Source: Octopus bimaculoides (Eukaryota). Taken from it: 64,000 nucleotides of DNA. Positions 11,560-24,890 of the stretch are shown piece after piece (position 1 is the stretch's first letter; each line of letters starts with the position of its first letter). The notes below the pieces were generated by a model. The model was not told the DNA's origin and did not search any database. It saw only the letters and a program-made list of their open reading frames with translations. The position numbers and the translations under genes were made by a program. Location of the stretch: positions 112,153,175-112,217,174 of the forward strand of contig NC_068986.1 of assembly GCF_001194135.2 (NCBI RefSeq), written 5' to 3'.

Positions 11560-12790
11560 GCTAAAGCCCGTTATATAAGAGACCATGGAAAACGTAAGAA
11601 TCTTCATTCTGTTATGAAGGAGGACAGCAGAAAATTTCAAGTGAGTTTATGCATAATACCCTGGTTGAACAGCATGAAGGAAGTGCAGCAACTGTAGTTG
11701 CAAAGAAGGTGAAATCAATAGCAAAGCAAAATGCAATTAAACAATTGGCTGATAGGTGGGCTACAAACCTCTGCATGGCAAATATGTGGACCGTAGCAGA
11801 CAAGCTGATGTAGACCAGAAGCACAACCATCGGAGGCTATGGAAATCAGGGCTAAAGGCAGAGAGTGCAGGCCCTTATCTTGGCTGCCGAAGATCAGAGT
11901 TTATTGACCCGGAACTATCAAGCCAATGTGAGGAGGAATGTTGTAGACCCAAAGTGCCGTTACTGCAACGATGGGATCGAAACAGTGGAGCACCTAATCT
12001 CTGCATGTAAGGTTTTAGCACTTGTAGAGTACAAATCAAGACATGACAGTGTTGGTCAATATCTTCTTTGAATAATGTGTCGGCATTATAAAATCAAAAC
12101 TGCTGACAAACGGTTCAAGCCCTACCATGAGGCTGTAACTGAATGAGAGAATGTAACTATTCTTTTGGACTTCCTAGTATGTATAGACCGGATCATCAAG
12201 GTATACAAACCAGATCAGGTTGTGAAAGTGCAAAACAATGAAGTCTGTTTATTGATCGACATGAGCATGCTCTGTGACTATTATATCTCGGCAAAAGAAT
12301 TTGATAAACTCAGAAATTATAGAGATTTGCTAATCGAAATAGAAAAGATGTGCCATCTCAAAACGATTACAGTGTCAGTGATTGTAGGAGCGCTTGGAAT
12401 GATCAAAAATGGAACTGAAAATTATTTAAGAATGATCCCTGGCTTACCATCCATGCAGGAAGTGCAAAAGATTGTCTTAAATGGTAACTGGTCACACGTA
12501 TTGTGAAGAGCATTGTCGCTGTGAATTTTCTTTCCTTTTTCTTCCCTTTATTGTATTGTTTTTACTTTTCTATTTTATATTTTTTCCTTTTTTCTCTGTC
12601 TTCTCCTTTTTCTGTATCACATGACTTTGTAAATGAACAATCTAGTGTGTGTATGTGAATGGCCTAATATTGTATACAGTACGTTTCTTTGCTCCAGGTG
12701 TCAGGAAGACTTTCTGCAACAAATAAAAACACAATTGAAAGAAAATGTAATGAAAATAATAATAATAACAACAATAATAATGCTGGTGAT
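11560..12790 (+). mobile_element. 3' part of an RLE (R4/Dong-like) non-LTR retrotransposon: CCHC knuckle, restriction-like endonuclease, 3' UTR and (AAT)n-like tail
   Basis: KPLHGKY, GLKAES, LILAAEDQSLLTRNY, CRYCNDGIETVEHLISAC (CCHC), RHDSVG, KPDQVV...CLLIDMS (PD..D-like), KEFDKLRNYRDL, VIVGALGMIK; ORF ends at 12524; contains frameshifts and stops. Confidence 0.92.
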
Positions 12791-12944
12791 AATAGGTGCA
12801 AAAACTAGTCCCTTGATGCTCTTTTTAAGTCTTGAGTACAGTTTGTATAAATTAGAGCCAAGGCGAATCAACAATAAGAATCTTTTTCTGCTAGACGCAC
12901 GACAGTCGATCCCGAATATATGCAAGGCAAAATCGATCTCAGCG

Positions 12945-13028
12945 GCATTTCAAAATGTTAAGCTGGACGAAATGCCGCTAATAATTTTGCCTCGTTGCTA
13001 ACGATTCTGAAAACCCGCCGCCCTAGGC

Positions 13029-13030
<2 letters not shown>
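12945..13030 (-). mobile_element. SINE family A, 5' head fragment
   Basis: Reverse complement: agggcggcgggttttcagaatcgttagcaacgaggcaaaattattagcggcatttcgtcc. Confidence 0.7.
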
Positions 13031-13102
<72 letters not shown>

Positions 13103-13108
13103 AATAAT
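13031..13108. repeat. (AAT)n microsatellite
   Basis: Near-perfect triplet run. Confidence 0.95.
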
Positions 13109-13199
13109 TTGGGCCTCTGGTGAACAGAGCTTTAATACGGGGTTTAAAATTGTAGAATTGCAGACACAATGAAACTCTGGGTCAGGAAGAGAAATGATA

Positions 13200-13830
13200 T
13201 AACTAGTGATATGAGAACTGACAACATCACAGACATCACCAATCTGATAAATTCAATCTTGATCTTTATAGCCCGGAAGTTAGGTTTGAAAGCCAAAGGT
13301 AAATGTCAATATAAGCTGAAGGAACCATGGTGGAAAAGGAGATATAACGCAGTCTATTAACGAGGCCAGAGAGCATATTAATAATATGGAACGGAAAAAG
13401 GAAGTTCAGAGACAGAATTATGTTGAGCTAGAAAGGAAGTATAGGGTGAAGAGAAACGGAATCAATGTTGTGATTCAGGATTTAAAACAGAGGTTGAAAA
13501 CTAAAGCACATAAATTAAAAGAAATATGAACAAGGAATAGAACAATACAGATTAAACAGACGTTTCGAAGAAAATCTGAAATGGATCTACCAGAAACTGG
13601 ATGAGAAAGAAAAAGGTGAAAAAGCGGAAACGAGATATTCAACTCAAACATATCGTCTCATGAGAACCGACAGGAAACTGAAGCAGTGTGGTTAAAGACA
13701 CAGAATGAAGAGAGAGGAGGGTATCAGGGGGAGGATTTCAGAATGACCGAGGACAGGACTACAGATCAGTACAGGAAAATTTCCAACTGGAAAGCGCCTG
13801 ACCCAGATGCGGTTCAGGGCTTTATTTTTA
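13200..13830 (+). mobile_element. N-terminal/pre-RT region of an RLE (R4/Dong-like) retrotransposon ORF
   Basis: ITDITNLI, EPWWKRR, LERKYRVKRNG, LKQRLK, EQYRLNRRFEEN and RKISNWKAPDPDAVQGF (NWKAPGPDG motif just upstream of the RT). Confidence 0.8.
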
Positions 13831-14828
13831 CCTACACTGTGTTACGGAGGAATAATAANNNNNNNNNNNNNNNNNNNNNNNNNNNNNNNNNNNNNNNNNN
13901 NNNNNNNNNNNNNNNNNNNNNNNNNNNNNNNNNNNNNNNNNNNNNNNNNNNNNNNNNNNNNNNNNNNNNNNNNNNNNNNNNNNNNNNNNNNNNNNNNNNN
14001 NNNNNNNNNNNNNNNNNNNNNNNNNNNNNNNNNNNNNNNNNNNNNNNNNNNNNNNNNNNNNNNNNNNNNNNNNNNNNNNNNNNNNNNNNNNNNNNNNNNN
14101 NNNNNNNNNNNNNNNNNNNNNNNNNNNNNNNNNNNNNNNNNNNNNNNNNNNNNNNNNNNTATATATATATATATATACATATATATATACATATATGCAA
14201 GAAGAAAACGGAGGGAAAATAGCAGGAATAAGTTGGTCGTTTGCCCTAATAAGCCATTAATTTAATTAATTAGTAAAGAAAAGTGGTAGTAATAGATGAG
14301 AAGAGCGAAAGACATAGGGATACATTTGTAACGAGAATAAAGACAAATAATGGTAAGTCTTACATTAGAGTAGATTTCTTATTTGATAATTCTGCCGCGA
14401 AGTGGATGTAGGATGGAAATTCGACAGGGTTTAGTATTTATATCTGTGAGTTTGAATAATTTGTGCACATTCTCAAAAGCTACCGTCACTCCTCTGTAAT
14501 TTCAGTCCTCAAAGCCATAAGGATAGATATATTTATGAACTGTTGACATCTCAGCGTGGGAGAATTAATGAATTCCATCATATTTATGCTAAACTTTTTG
14601 ACTGAATATTTTTTTTTGTGCAAATCTTTTCTTTCTGCTTGTTTTCTTGTTTCATTCCTGTTATTTTTTGTATATTTTCTTCTTGCATATAATTCAAACT
14701 ACCGTTTACCCGCTAAATTACCTGCAGCCGTATACCATTTACCAAGGACTGTACCTACGCAGGTAATCACCAGGAGTGCCTTGGGATTTAAGCATCCTTT
14801 AGAGATTTAAACACCTCTAACTTATACT

Positions 14829-14871
<43 letters not shown>

Positions 14872-14875
14872 ATAT

Positions 14876-14917
<42 letters not shown>

Positions 14918-15177
14918 GGACGAGGGTGTACATTTACGGTGTACATTTATGCTGTAGTTAAAGTATATAATTGGACACATACATATCGACAGTGACAACA
15001 ATCGCGCGATTATATTCCTTATCATTATACATATATACAGTTATACTCTTTAACATCACCATTAGGGCATTTTGGGTCATATTCCTAGCAATGTCTATAT
15101 TTCTAATACCCTCTTAATATTTAGTGACAATTATAGTTTTAGGTTAAACTTTGCACACTGCTGACTATATTAATCTG

Positions 15178-15179
<2 letters not shown>

Positions 15180-15216
<37 letters not shown>

Positions 15217-15292
15217 TGTGTGTGTGTGTCTGTGGGTGCGTGTGTGTGTCTGTGTCTGTGTGTCTGTGCGTGTGTGTGTGTATGTGTATGTA

Positions 15293-15383
<91 letters not shown>
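15180..15383. repeat. (TG)n microsatellite
   Basis: Long near-perfect dinucleotide run. Confidence 0.95.
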
Positions 15384-16815
15384 ATCATATCAGCGAAAAT
15401 CGTGCATGACATAAATTCTTATTCAAGGATTATTATTTGTTGAAATGTTCAAATATTAGTAATCGATAAAACTATTAGCAAAACTAAAACCTGGGGTCGA
15501 TATAATCGATTATAAAACCTTTGATGGTGGTGATCCAACATGGCTACACCTCTCTCATTGTGAAGCGCAAAAATAGTTTCAAATTAAACTTTACCCTAAC
15601 TCATTCTATTAGCGTCTATGCATCATTTAAAAACCTCTACGGACATTCTGATTGCATGTGATGTATGTTATTGTGGCATATGTTTAGCCCATGGAAACCA
15701 TGGGCTTGTAATCACGTGATCAAATGTGATCTTGCTGTAACAATCAGGTGTAGTAAAATCAGAACTATATTATTTTCATATGTTCAAATTTTAAGACGAT
15801 GGAGCCTGCTGCTCGGGATGTAGGATGCAAGTCAGTTTGGCAAGTGAGGACGGTCTCTCTGTCGATGTATAGTGTATGTTGATGATGTTGCTGCCGTTGT
15901 TGTTGATTTCATTGGGTTGAAAATCAACTCTGTCATTGTAGAGTATGGTAAATAAACTTATTTTCTCTCTTCATCCATTCAGAGAGATTTCTGTCTAGGT
16001 AGTAGATCCTTCCATTTTCATGATTGCAGAGTATTTTTTTAGGAAAATCTGCTACAACTCATAGATGGAGAAGAAGCAATAAGGCTTCAGACTGATGCGT
16101 AGATAGCATGTGACCTTGTAATTATGGAACCTTTAATATTTGTGCTAAAGTGAGGAACAATCTCTTTGTATCAAGTTACTTTGAGAAAATGCTTTACTTG
16201 AAGAAAAGCATTCCTTCGCATTCAAAGAAGTCAGACATTGCTCACATTCTTAAAATTACATTGTCGGGTTCGATATTTCTGATGGTCTGCTGACTAAAAT
16301 ATGACTGCAAGTCATGCTATTATTATTACGAACAACTTGACAAATGGCTCATGAATTGATTCTTGGAGAATTTATGGAACAAATAAAATCAATCCAGGAA
16401 ATGATGAAGAAATAGGAGAGGGAAAACGAGAAGACAAAAAGAGAGAATAAATATATAGAGAGAAGATCAGAGAATGAGATGAATAGACAAGGATAAACGA
16501 TGGAAAGAGAGAATGTGTGAGTGAGGGTCAGGGCAAGAGAGGAATTACATAGCAATGAGGGGAATGAGCAGAGATAAAAGGAAGAGAATGGGAGAGGGAG
16601 AGAGAAAGAGCGGGAGAGGGGAGAAAGAAAGAGAAAGAAAAGGGATGAAAGAGTAAAGAAATACAGAAACAGAAAAACGCGAGGTGAGAACGAGTTAAAG
16701 AGGAGAATTATACATATATTTAAATATGTATATACAATGTGTGTATGCGTGTGTTTGGATGAATGTACGTGTGTGCACACAAGCATACACACGCGCAAAT
16801 ACCAATATAGATAAA

Positions 16816-16926
<111 letters not shown>

Positions 16927-17266
16927 ATATATAGAAGTGATTTTATGATGCTGTATACCATATTTTAATCAATGAAATTCCAACTTCATGTGATTTTCAC
17001 GTTGTATTATTTGCAATTTTTATAATTTTACAATGTTACAATATGGAAATTAAGTAGTACTTTCATGCGTTAAGCAGTCATCAGGTTTATGTAGTTGGAA
17101 GTTGATTGATTAATATTTATAACAAAGTCAACTTGCAAGGTACTTCTTTACAGACCCCTGCATTTTAAAATCCTCTTTCCTACATTTATATATATGTAGG
17201 TGCGTGTGTGTGCATGTATATATATATATATATATGCATGTATGGATCGATCTATCCATCTACATC

Positions 17267-17310
<44 letters not shown>

Positions 17311-18030
17311 NNNNNNNNNNNNNNNNNNNNNNNNNNNNNNNNNNNNNNNNNNNNNNNNNNNNNNNNNNNNNNNNNNNNNNNNNNNNNNNNNNNNNNNNNN
17401 NNNNNNNNNNNNNNNNNNNNNNNNNNNNNNNNNNNNNNNNNNNNNNNNNNNNNNNNNNNNNNNNNNNNNNNNNNNNNNNNNNNNNNNNNNNNNNNNNNNN
17501 NNNNNNNNNNNNNNNNNNNNNNNNNNNNNNNNNNNNNNNNNNNNNNNNNNNNNNNNNNNNNNNNNNNNNNNNNNNNNNNNNNNNNNNNNNNNNNNNNNNN
17601 NNNNNNNNNNNNNNNNNNNNNNNNNNNNNNNNNNNNNNNNNNNNNNNNNNNNNNNNNNNNNNNNNNNNNNNNNNNNNNNNNNNNNNNNNNNNNNNNNNNN
17701 NNNNNNNNNNNNNNNNNNNNNNNNNNNNNNNNNNNNNNNNNNNNNNNNNNNNNNNNNNNNNNNNNNNNNNNNNNNNNNNNNNNNNNNNNNNNNNNNNNNN
17801 NNNNNNNNNNNNNNNNNNNNNNNNNNNNNNNNNNNNNNNNNNNNNNNNNNNNNNNNNNNNNNNNNNNNNNNNNNNNNNNNNNNNNNNNNNNNNNNNNNNN
17901 NNNNNNNNNNNNNNNNNNNNNNNNNNNNNNNNNNNNNNNNNNNNNNNNNNNNNNNNNNNNNNNNNNNNNNNNGAAGAAGAAGAAGAAGAAGAAGAAGAAG
18001 AAGAAGAAGAAGAAGAGGGAGAAGAAGAAG

Positions 18031-18558
18031 AAATGCCCTGCTGCAGTACCAGACAGTGGCTCTCATGGCTTCTGATCTTAACCGATTAGAAGTCTTAGCA
18101 TAAAAGATGGGCTACAGCAAATAATTTGCTAAATACCACAGATTTGCTTGTCAGTTGCTTGACCTTAAACAGTGGAGCATGTCCCTTGGTGGCTGACGTT
18201 ATGTGCATCTCTGATCATGAGCAGAAGTAGTAGGGGGCATCATAATAATGTGTTGAGAGGAATTCTTTGCGGTTTGGAAAATCCACCGCTGGGTATTTTG
18301 TTTAACATCCTTAACCAATCCTTATTCAGGGACCTTTTCAGCGAGTTGGGCTACTCGACCTGCAGATAATTCTAACTGGGGCCAACCTGGAATATCATGC
18401 ACTGTTTATCTTGATATGAGATCACAATGTCGCGCACATATGTTTACGAAATATGTGACTGGTGTACACTTATTAGATGTTTTGTCATGTTGGGTATACT
18501 GGGCATCATATATTTTACCCTAGTCTCAATTTTGATGGTATACATTACTCATTCACTC
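18031..18558 (+). mobile_element. Unclassified ~530-bp interspersed repeat (element X), copy 1
   Basis: Aligns end to end with the reverse complement of 24890-25423 (for example tgtgcatctctgatca.gagcagaagtagtag and ataccacagatttgct). Flanked by (AAG)n and (AAT)n. Strand is inferred from the (AAT)n end. Confidence 0.8.
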
Positions 18559-18579
18559 AATAATAATAATTATAATAAT

Positions 18580-18706
18580 TTCGTCGAGGTCGAATTTGCC
18601 TTTCGTCCTACCGTGGTCGAATAATTAAATACCATATGCTTATTGGCATCGATCTAATCGACTGAATGCCTCCCCAAAAATGTCATGCCTTGTGCCTGGA
18701 ATAGAA

Positions 18707-18710
<4 letters not shown>
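18580..18710 (+). mobile_element. SINE family A, 3' half with (AAT)n tail
   Basis: gaggtcgaatttgcctttcgtcc...ggtcgaataattaaatacca...cgatctaatcgactg...ccttgtgcctggaatagaaaataataat. Confidence 0.75.
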
Positions 18711-18742
<32 letters not shown>

Positions 18743-18745
<3 letters not shown>

Positions 18746-19140
18746 GAGGAATGGTCCAAAAAGTAATTGAGAATTATCTAAGAATGATCCCTTATTCACC
18801 ATCCTTGCAGGAATGCCAATTATAAACTTGAGTGCTGCCTCACACTTACTCAAATGAGCAATGTCGCTGTGAATTTTATTTTTTGCCCCTTTAATTTACT
18901 TTACATAGTTTTTATATATATATTTTTGCATTTTTCTCAGTGTCATTCTACACGTTGTTCTATATCACATGATTTTATAAATAAACAATCTGGTGTGTTT
19001 ATTTTCATGGCGTACCAGTGTACACAGTGAGTTTCTCTGATCTAGGTGTCTGGACGACACTCGGGAGTAAATGGAAACAAAATTGAGAGACTACAATGAT
19101 AAAAAATAATGATAATAATAACAGTATTTATAACAATAAC
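18743..19140 (+). mobile_element. 5'-truncated 3' end of the same RLE family as 11560-12790
   Basis: gagaattatctaagaatgatccct...ccatccttgcaggaa...gcaatgtcgctgtgaatttt and the UTR match 12415-12790. It starts right after (AAT)12 and ends in an (AAT/AAC)-rich tail. Confidence 0.85.
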
Positions 19141-19273
19141 AGCAACAAAAAGTACAACAGTAGCAACGTTGATGATGATGTTGATGATAGCAAAAATTAT
19201 ATATACATAGATTGATAGATAGATAGAAATACAGACAGATCGATATGCATTTCTCTCTTTCTCTCTCTCTCTC

Positions 19274-19307
<34 letters not shown>

Positions 19308-20074
19308 NNNNNNNNNNNNNNNNNNNNNNNNNNNNNNNNNNNNNNNNNNNNNNNNNNNNNNNNNNNNNNNNNNNNNNNNNNNNNNNNNNNNNNNNNNNNN
19401 NNNNNNNNNNNNNNNNNNNNNNNNNNNNNNNNNNNNNNNNNNNNNNNNNNNNNNNNNNNNNNNNNNNNNNNNNNNNNNNNNNNNNNNNNNNNNNNNNNNN
19501 NNNNNNNNNNNNNNNNNNNNNNNNNNNNNNNNNNNNNNNNNNNNNNNNNNNNNNNNNNNNNNNNNNNNNNNNNNNNNNNNNNNNNNNNNNNNNNNNNNNN
19601 NNNNNNNNNNNNNNNNNNNNNNNNNNNNNNNNNNNNNNNNNNNNNNNNNNNNNNNNNNNNNNNNNNNNNNNNNNNNNNNNNNNNNNNNNNNNNNNNNNNN
19701 NNNNNNNNNNNNNNNNNNNNNNNNNNNNNNNNNNNNNNNNNNNNNNNNNNNNNNNNNNNNNNNNNNNNNNNNNNNNNNNNNNNNNNNNNNNNNNNNNNNN
19801 NNNNNNNNNNNNNNNNNNNNNNNNNNNNNNNNNNNNNNNNNNNNNNNNNNNNNNNNNNNNNNNNNNNNNNNNNNNNNNNNNNNNNNNNNNNNNNNNNNNN
19901 NNNNNNNNNNNNNNNNNNNNNNNNNNNNNNNNNNNNNNNNNNNNNNNNNNNNNNNNNNNNNNNNNNNNNNNNNNNNNNNNNNNNNNNNNNNNNNNNNNNN
20001 NNNNNNNNNNNNNNNNNNNNNNNNNNNNNNNNNNNNNNNNNNNNNNNNNNNNNNNNNATATATATATATGTAAA

Positions 20075-20106
<32 letters not shown>

Positions 20107-21544
20107 CATACATGTATATATATATGCATATGTGTATATTCATACAGAGACGTGCATATATATATGTATGTATATATACGTGCGTGTGCGTAAATATATA
20201 TAGAGATAGATAGACCGGCAGATAGTTTCCTATGCATGTTTATATGCATGCAGATATCATCGTGCATGTAGATATGTATGTATATCTGTGAACGTATATT
20301 CACACGAGAAAGTTGATATTAATATGAAACCGGGAGTGAGGACAAAGTTTCACATGTGCCCTCACCTCTGCCTTAGGTATAAACAAGTGAATTGAATAGA
20401 AAATAATTGGTTGTCTCTGAAGAGATAGCCATGAAATTCTAATAATATAGCACTTAATATTTAGCATTGCATTTAGTGACTGCCACATTTCTAAAGGGGA
20501 TATCACCAGCAACATGATTAAGCTGGTGCATAAATATGTAAACGTACGTATATAGTTAAATATATACAGATACATTCATGCATACATATGTATCAACATA
20601 TGCAAAACAGATATTTAAGGAGTGAGATATAGAGGTATGTGCTTAAATGTGTATATACACATATACATATGTATATGTATATATACATGCGTGTGTGTTG
20701 TATGTGTGTGTATTACCTAAATACAATTGCATACGTATATATGCACATACATGTACATACATATTTATTCATGTATACACAAATATAAACTTACACACAT
20801 ATATTTATATGTATAAATTCATATATGCATGTGAATATGCATGTTAATTTTTGAGAGTATTGTTTTGTGTATGCAAGTGTATGGTTGTATCTGAAGATAT
20901 TAGTTATCGCGTAGCCTAATCTGTTTCATCGTCACGTCCTGTATGGTGCACGAAATTTGTATACATGCCTAATTGTTAGTATATATATATATATATATAT
21001 ATATGCACGCCTATCTATATGTATGTACGTACTCAAGTATCTCTATATGTATATATAAGCGCGTACGTGTATATGTATTCGTTATCTATACGTGTATGTG
21101 TATGATGTATTTTGGTGTATGTTCGTATGTATGCATTTGTGACTTATCAGTTATTATCTAGAAGCTATTATTTCGTAAATTATTTCACAAACCAGTTCAT
21201 TTTCTGCACTTAAAGACCAGCATGTTAAAATTGATATTATATTCCATACGAAGGTGAATTAAATTTTGCGGAATTAATTCTGTATTTCTTGAAATTTTCT
21301 GCCGGTTTATGATTATCTGTATGAATTAACGCCATATAATTTTTTTCTCTGCATTTCTCGCTGTATGTCTTTGAGTGGGATCTTCCAACTTCTATGGTTA
21401 ACTATTTCAGGCGCTTTCTGTTGACCATTTCATCATACTGCTATTAGTTAAGTATCTTCTCACTTAAGAATTTCGATGTTACCTGAACATAATCGTAGGT
21501 GGAATTTTCCTGGAAGTAACTTAATAAAACTATTACTTAATTCT

Positions 21545-21765
21545 TTTAATTGTTTTACTTGTTTCAGCCTTTTGACTGCGCCCATGCTAGAGCACATCAC
21601 CAAAGTTTTTTTTATTTATTTATTCCGAGAAATCGATCCCAAGACTTAATCTTTCTAAGCCTAGTACCCATTCTACCGTGTCGATTGTCGAACTTCTCAG
21701 TTAGAGGGGCATAAACACATCAGCATCGGATGTCAAGTAATGACGAGGGGACGGACAAAGGCATA

Positions 21766-21839
<74 letters not shown>

Positions 21840-22395
21840 NNNNNNNNNNNNNNNNNNNNNNNNNNNNNNNNNNNNNNNNNNNNNNNNNNNNNNNNNNNNN
21901 NNNNNNNNNNNNNNNNNNNNNNNNNNNNNNNNNNNNNNNNNNNNNNNNNNNNNNNNNNNNNNNNNNNNNNNNNNNNNNNNNNNNNNNNNNNNNNNNNNNN
22001 NNNNNNNNNNNNNNNNNNNNNNNNNNNNNNNNNNNNNNNNNNNNNNNNNNNNNNNNNNNNNNNNNNNNNNNNNNNNNNNNNNNNNNNNNNNNNNNNNNNN
22101 NNNNNNNNNNNNNNNNNNNNNNNNNNNNNNNNNNNNNNNNNNNNNNNNNNNNNNNNNNNNNNNNNNNNNNNNNNNNNNNNNNNNNNNNNNNNNNNNNNNN
22201 NNNNNNNNNNNNNNATATATACATATATACGACAGGCTTCTTTCAGTTTCCGTCTACCGAATCTACTCACAAGGTTTTGGTCGGCCCGAGGCTATAGTAG
22301 AAGACACTTGCCCAAGCTTCCACGCAGTGGGACTGAATCCAGAACCATGTGGTTGGTAGGCAAGCTACTTACCACACAGCCACTCCTGCGCCTAT
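21545..22395 (-). mobile_element. SINE family B (tRNA head, internal microsatellite, 3' tail), essentially full length
   Basis: Minus strand: aggcgcaggagtggctgtgtggtaagtagcttg...ggttctggattcagtcccactgcgtgg...cttgggcaagtgtcttctactatagcctcgggccgacc...ggaaactgaaagaagcc, then (TA)n-gap-(TG)n, then the tail ending gcagtcaaaaggctgaaacaagtaaaa. Confidence 0.85.
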
Positions 22396-24169
22396 ATATA
22401 TATATATATATAGCAAATGTGTAATGTCTTGTTAGGGTGTAAAGTTACGGTGTTTCCAGAGTAGCACTCGACCCGAAAGCTGGGCCATCAACACTGTCGG
22501 GTTTCAGGGCAAATAATTCAGAACGCATGATAGAAAGATGTGTGATGCATCTAGGTTCTTCTCTTAACGGAATACAGTCATGTGGCCAAACCCTGTAGAA
22601 GGAAATTGAACCGAACATGGATATAATTGCTCACGTTGTAAATCATTGCTCTTGGATGGAGATCTTTGATATTCACCTTGCTGAGATGACACCTAATGGT
22701 GATATTGCCTTCTAATATCAATACGTATGCCTTTTTTTCTCTTTATAGAACGAGGACCTAATAGCTTCCATTAGCCAAGATGGACAAGTAAGAATACATT
22801 CAGGAAATAACACGTATCACCTCTAAACGTTATCCTTTAATGTAACCATATATACCAACATTATTCAGTGCCAATAGTTTTTAAGAAATGAAACATGAAA
22901 CAAGCGTACGCAACATCTGCCCTGATGACGCAACTTATCACACACCTGAAAAAAATGCAAGTAGACTTCTCCAGCACAGAAAGGCATATATTTTACACTT
23001 TACACATATAATGAAATAAATACAAGAGTGAAACAGAGGAAGAAATATAGCCAGGTTCATTCTATAGTTCATCAAATATATTATATACTACGATTAAAAA
23101 CAAAACAAAATTTAGTTCCAATCCCTTGTAGCAGGATATTTTTATACAGAGCACGAAATTCATGAATAATTCAATAAGAACACTCTCACCACAACTCATT
23201 CTTTAAATAATATAATTTCGTAATATTAACATAGTTTTCTTAAACCCTAAGAATCCTATGGCTGTGTCTGTGGCGTATAAATGGCCGAGCCACATTACTT
23301 CTGAATGGAACGCCGGTCCATTGCAGGGTGGAAGGTCAGCAATTTTGTGAGGAGGAACAATTATATTGATCCCAGTATTTGAAGTGATTGATATGTGACC
23401 GATCGAATAAGCACCAGTCATCGATAATAATCGAAACGAATGAGAGGCATGGCTGCGTCATGAATTGTAAATGCTGGAAATTTGACAATAATTTCTTTTA
23501 AATATCTTTATTTTAATATTGCAATCTGTCTATTTGTTGCCTCTCTTCGCTGATGCGCTGTATATTCGATCTCCTGTATTGTACCTTTAAAACCATGAAA
23601 CGATAATGACACTAATGAAATCTCAGCAATTGAAGATTAAAACGAAGGGGCGCAATCAGATTGTTCCAATACCATCACCACTACTACCACCACCACCACC
23701 ACCACCACCACAGTCACACTGGTTTGATTGAAATGTGCAACGTATATGCAGATGAATCGCTTGCACAAGTGTTCTGCAATTACTTGCGTTGCGTGATGTC
23801 ATAAAAAGATTTTTAAAGAGACATTTTAATAATATAAAACGAGAAGAAATGTCCAGATGAGACGTGAACGATGCAATTTTGTATTAATAACGAAAGCTCT
23901 GATGACGGTCTTCATAATTAGGTTATTCTATTGAACACTCTCGCTAAAGATTCTGGGAAGGATAGAGGGCGGAGAGGTTGGGAAATTGTGAGAAATGATC
24001 AAATAGAAAATTTTAGGACAGAGACAATGGATGAATGCAAGGTTCTCATTAAAGAGACAGCTCTAAAATATGAAATGAGTTAAGAGGATTGTTTTAAGTG
24101 AACACCGAGTCTTCGCTGGTGGCTCAAAATATTAAGGAAGCAACATCGATTTATTATTGTTATCAGTGT

Positions 24170-24325
24170 TCATTATTATCATTACCATTATTATTATTAG
24201 TAGTATTATTAGTATTATTGATTTTATTTTCGTTGTTTATTATTTCTGATACCGTTACTATTGCAATTAGTATTATCCTATTGCTTCTTTCATCATCGTA
24301 ATCATCATCATCATCATCATCACCG

Positions 24326-24378
<53 letters not shown>

Positions 24379-24447
24379 GTTATAGTCATCGTCATCGTAA
24401 TTGCTGTCGTCGTTGTCGTAGTAGCCGTGATCCTCGACGTCGTTTAA

Positions 24448-24485
<38 letters not shown>

Positions 24486-24747
24486 CACTACTACTACTAC
24501 TACTACCACTACTACTACTAGCTTGGCGATAGTCTTAAACGCTTTGCGGTTTTTCTTCTGAATCTTTACGTCATACGATTAGATTCTACCGATCTCACCC
24601 TTCTTGTTCATCCCTGCAGGCTTCATAAAATAAGGGGCCTTTGAAATACCAGCTGGCATTCTAGTGACTAAAACATGTTACCTCAAAGTTGATGGCCTTT
24701 TGTTAAAACTGAAAAAAATTATTTTCATTATTATTAACATTGCCATT

Positions 24748-24809
<62 letters not shown>

Positions 24810-24890
24810 CACTATAATTAGTATTACTTTCAGTATTATTATCATCAACATCATTATTATTATCATTATTGTTGTTGTTGTTGTTGTTGA
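24170..24890. repeat. Cluster of triplet microsatellites (ATT, CAT, CGT, CTA, ATT, GTT) around a decayed SINE at about 24520-24660
   Basis: Direct inspection. Confidence 0.9.

Noticed and set aside
22921-22960. Second hammerhead (CTGATGAC...GAAA)
   Set aside because: No helix II can form between the core segments and no GUH follows.
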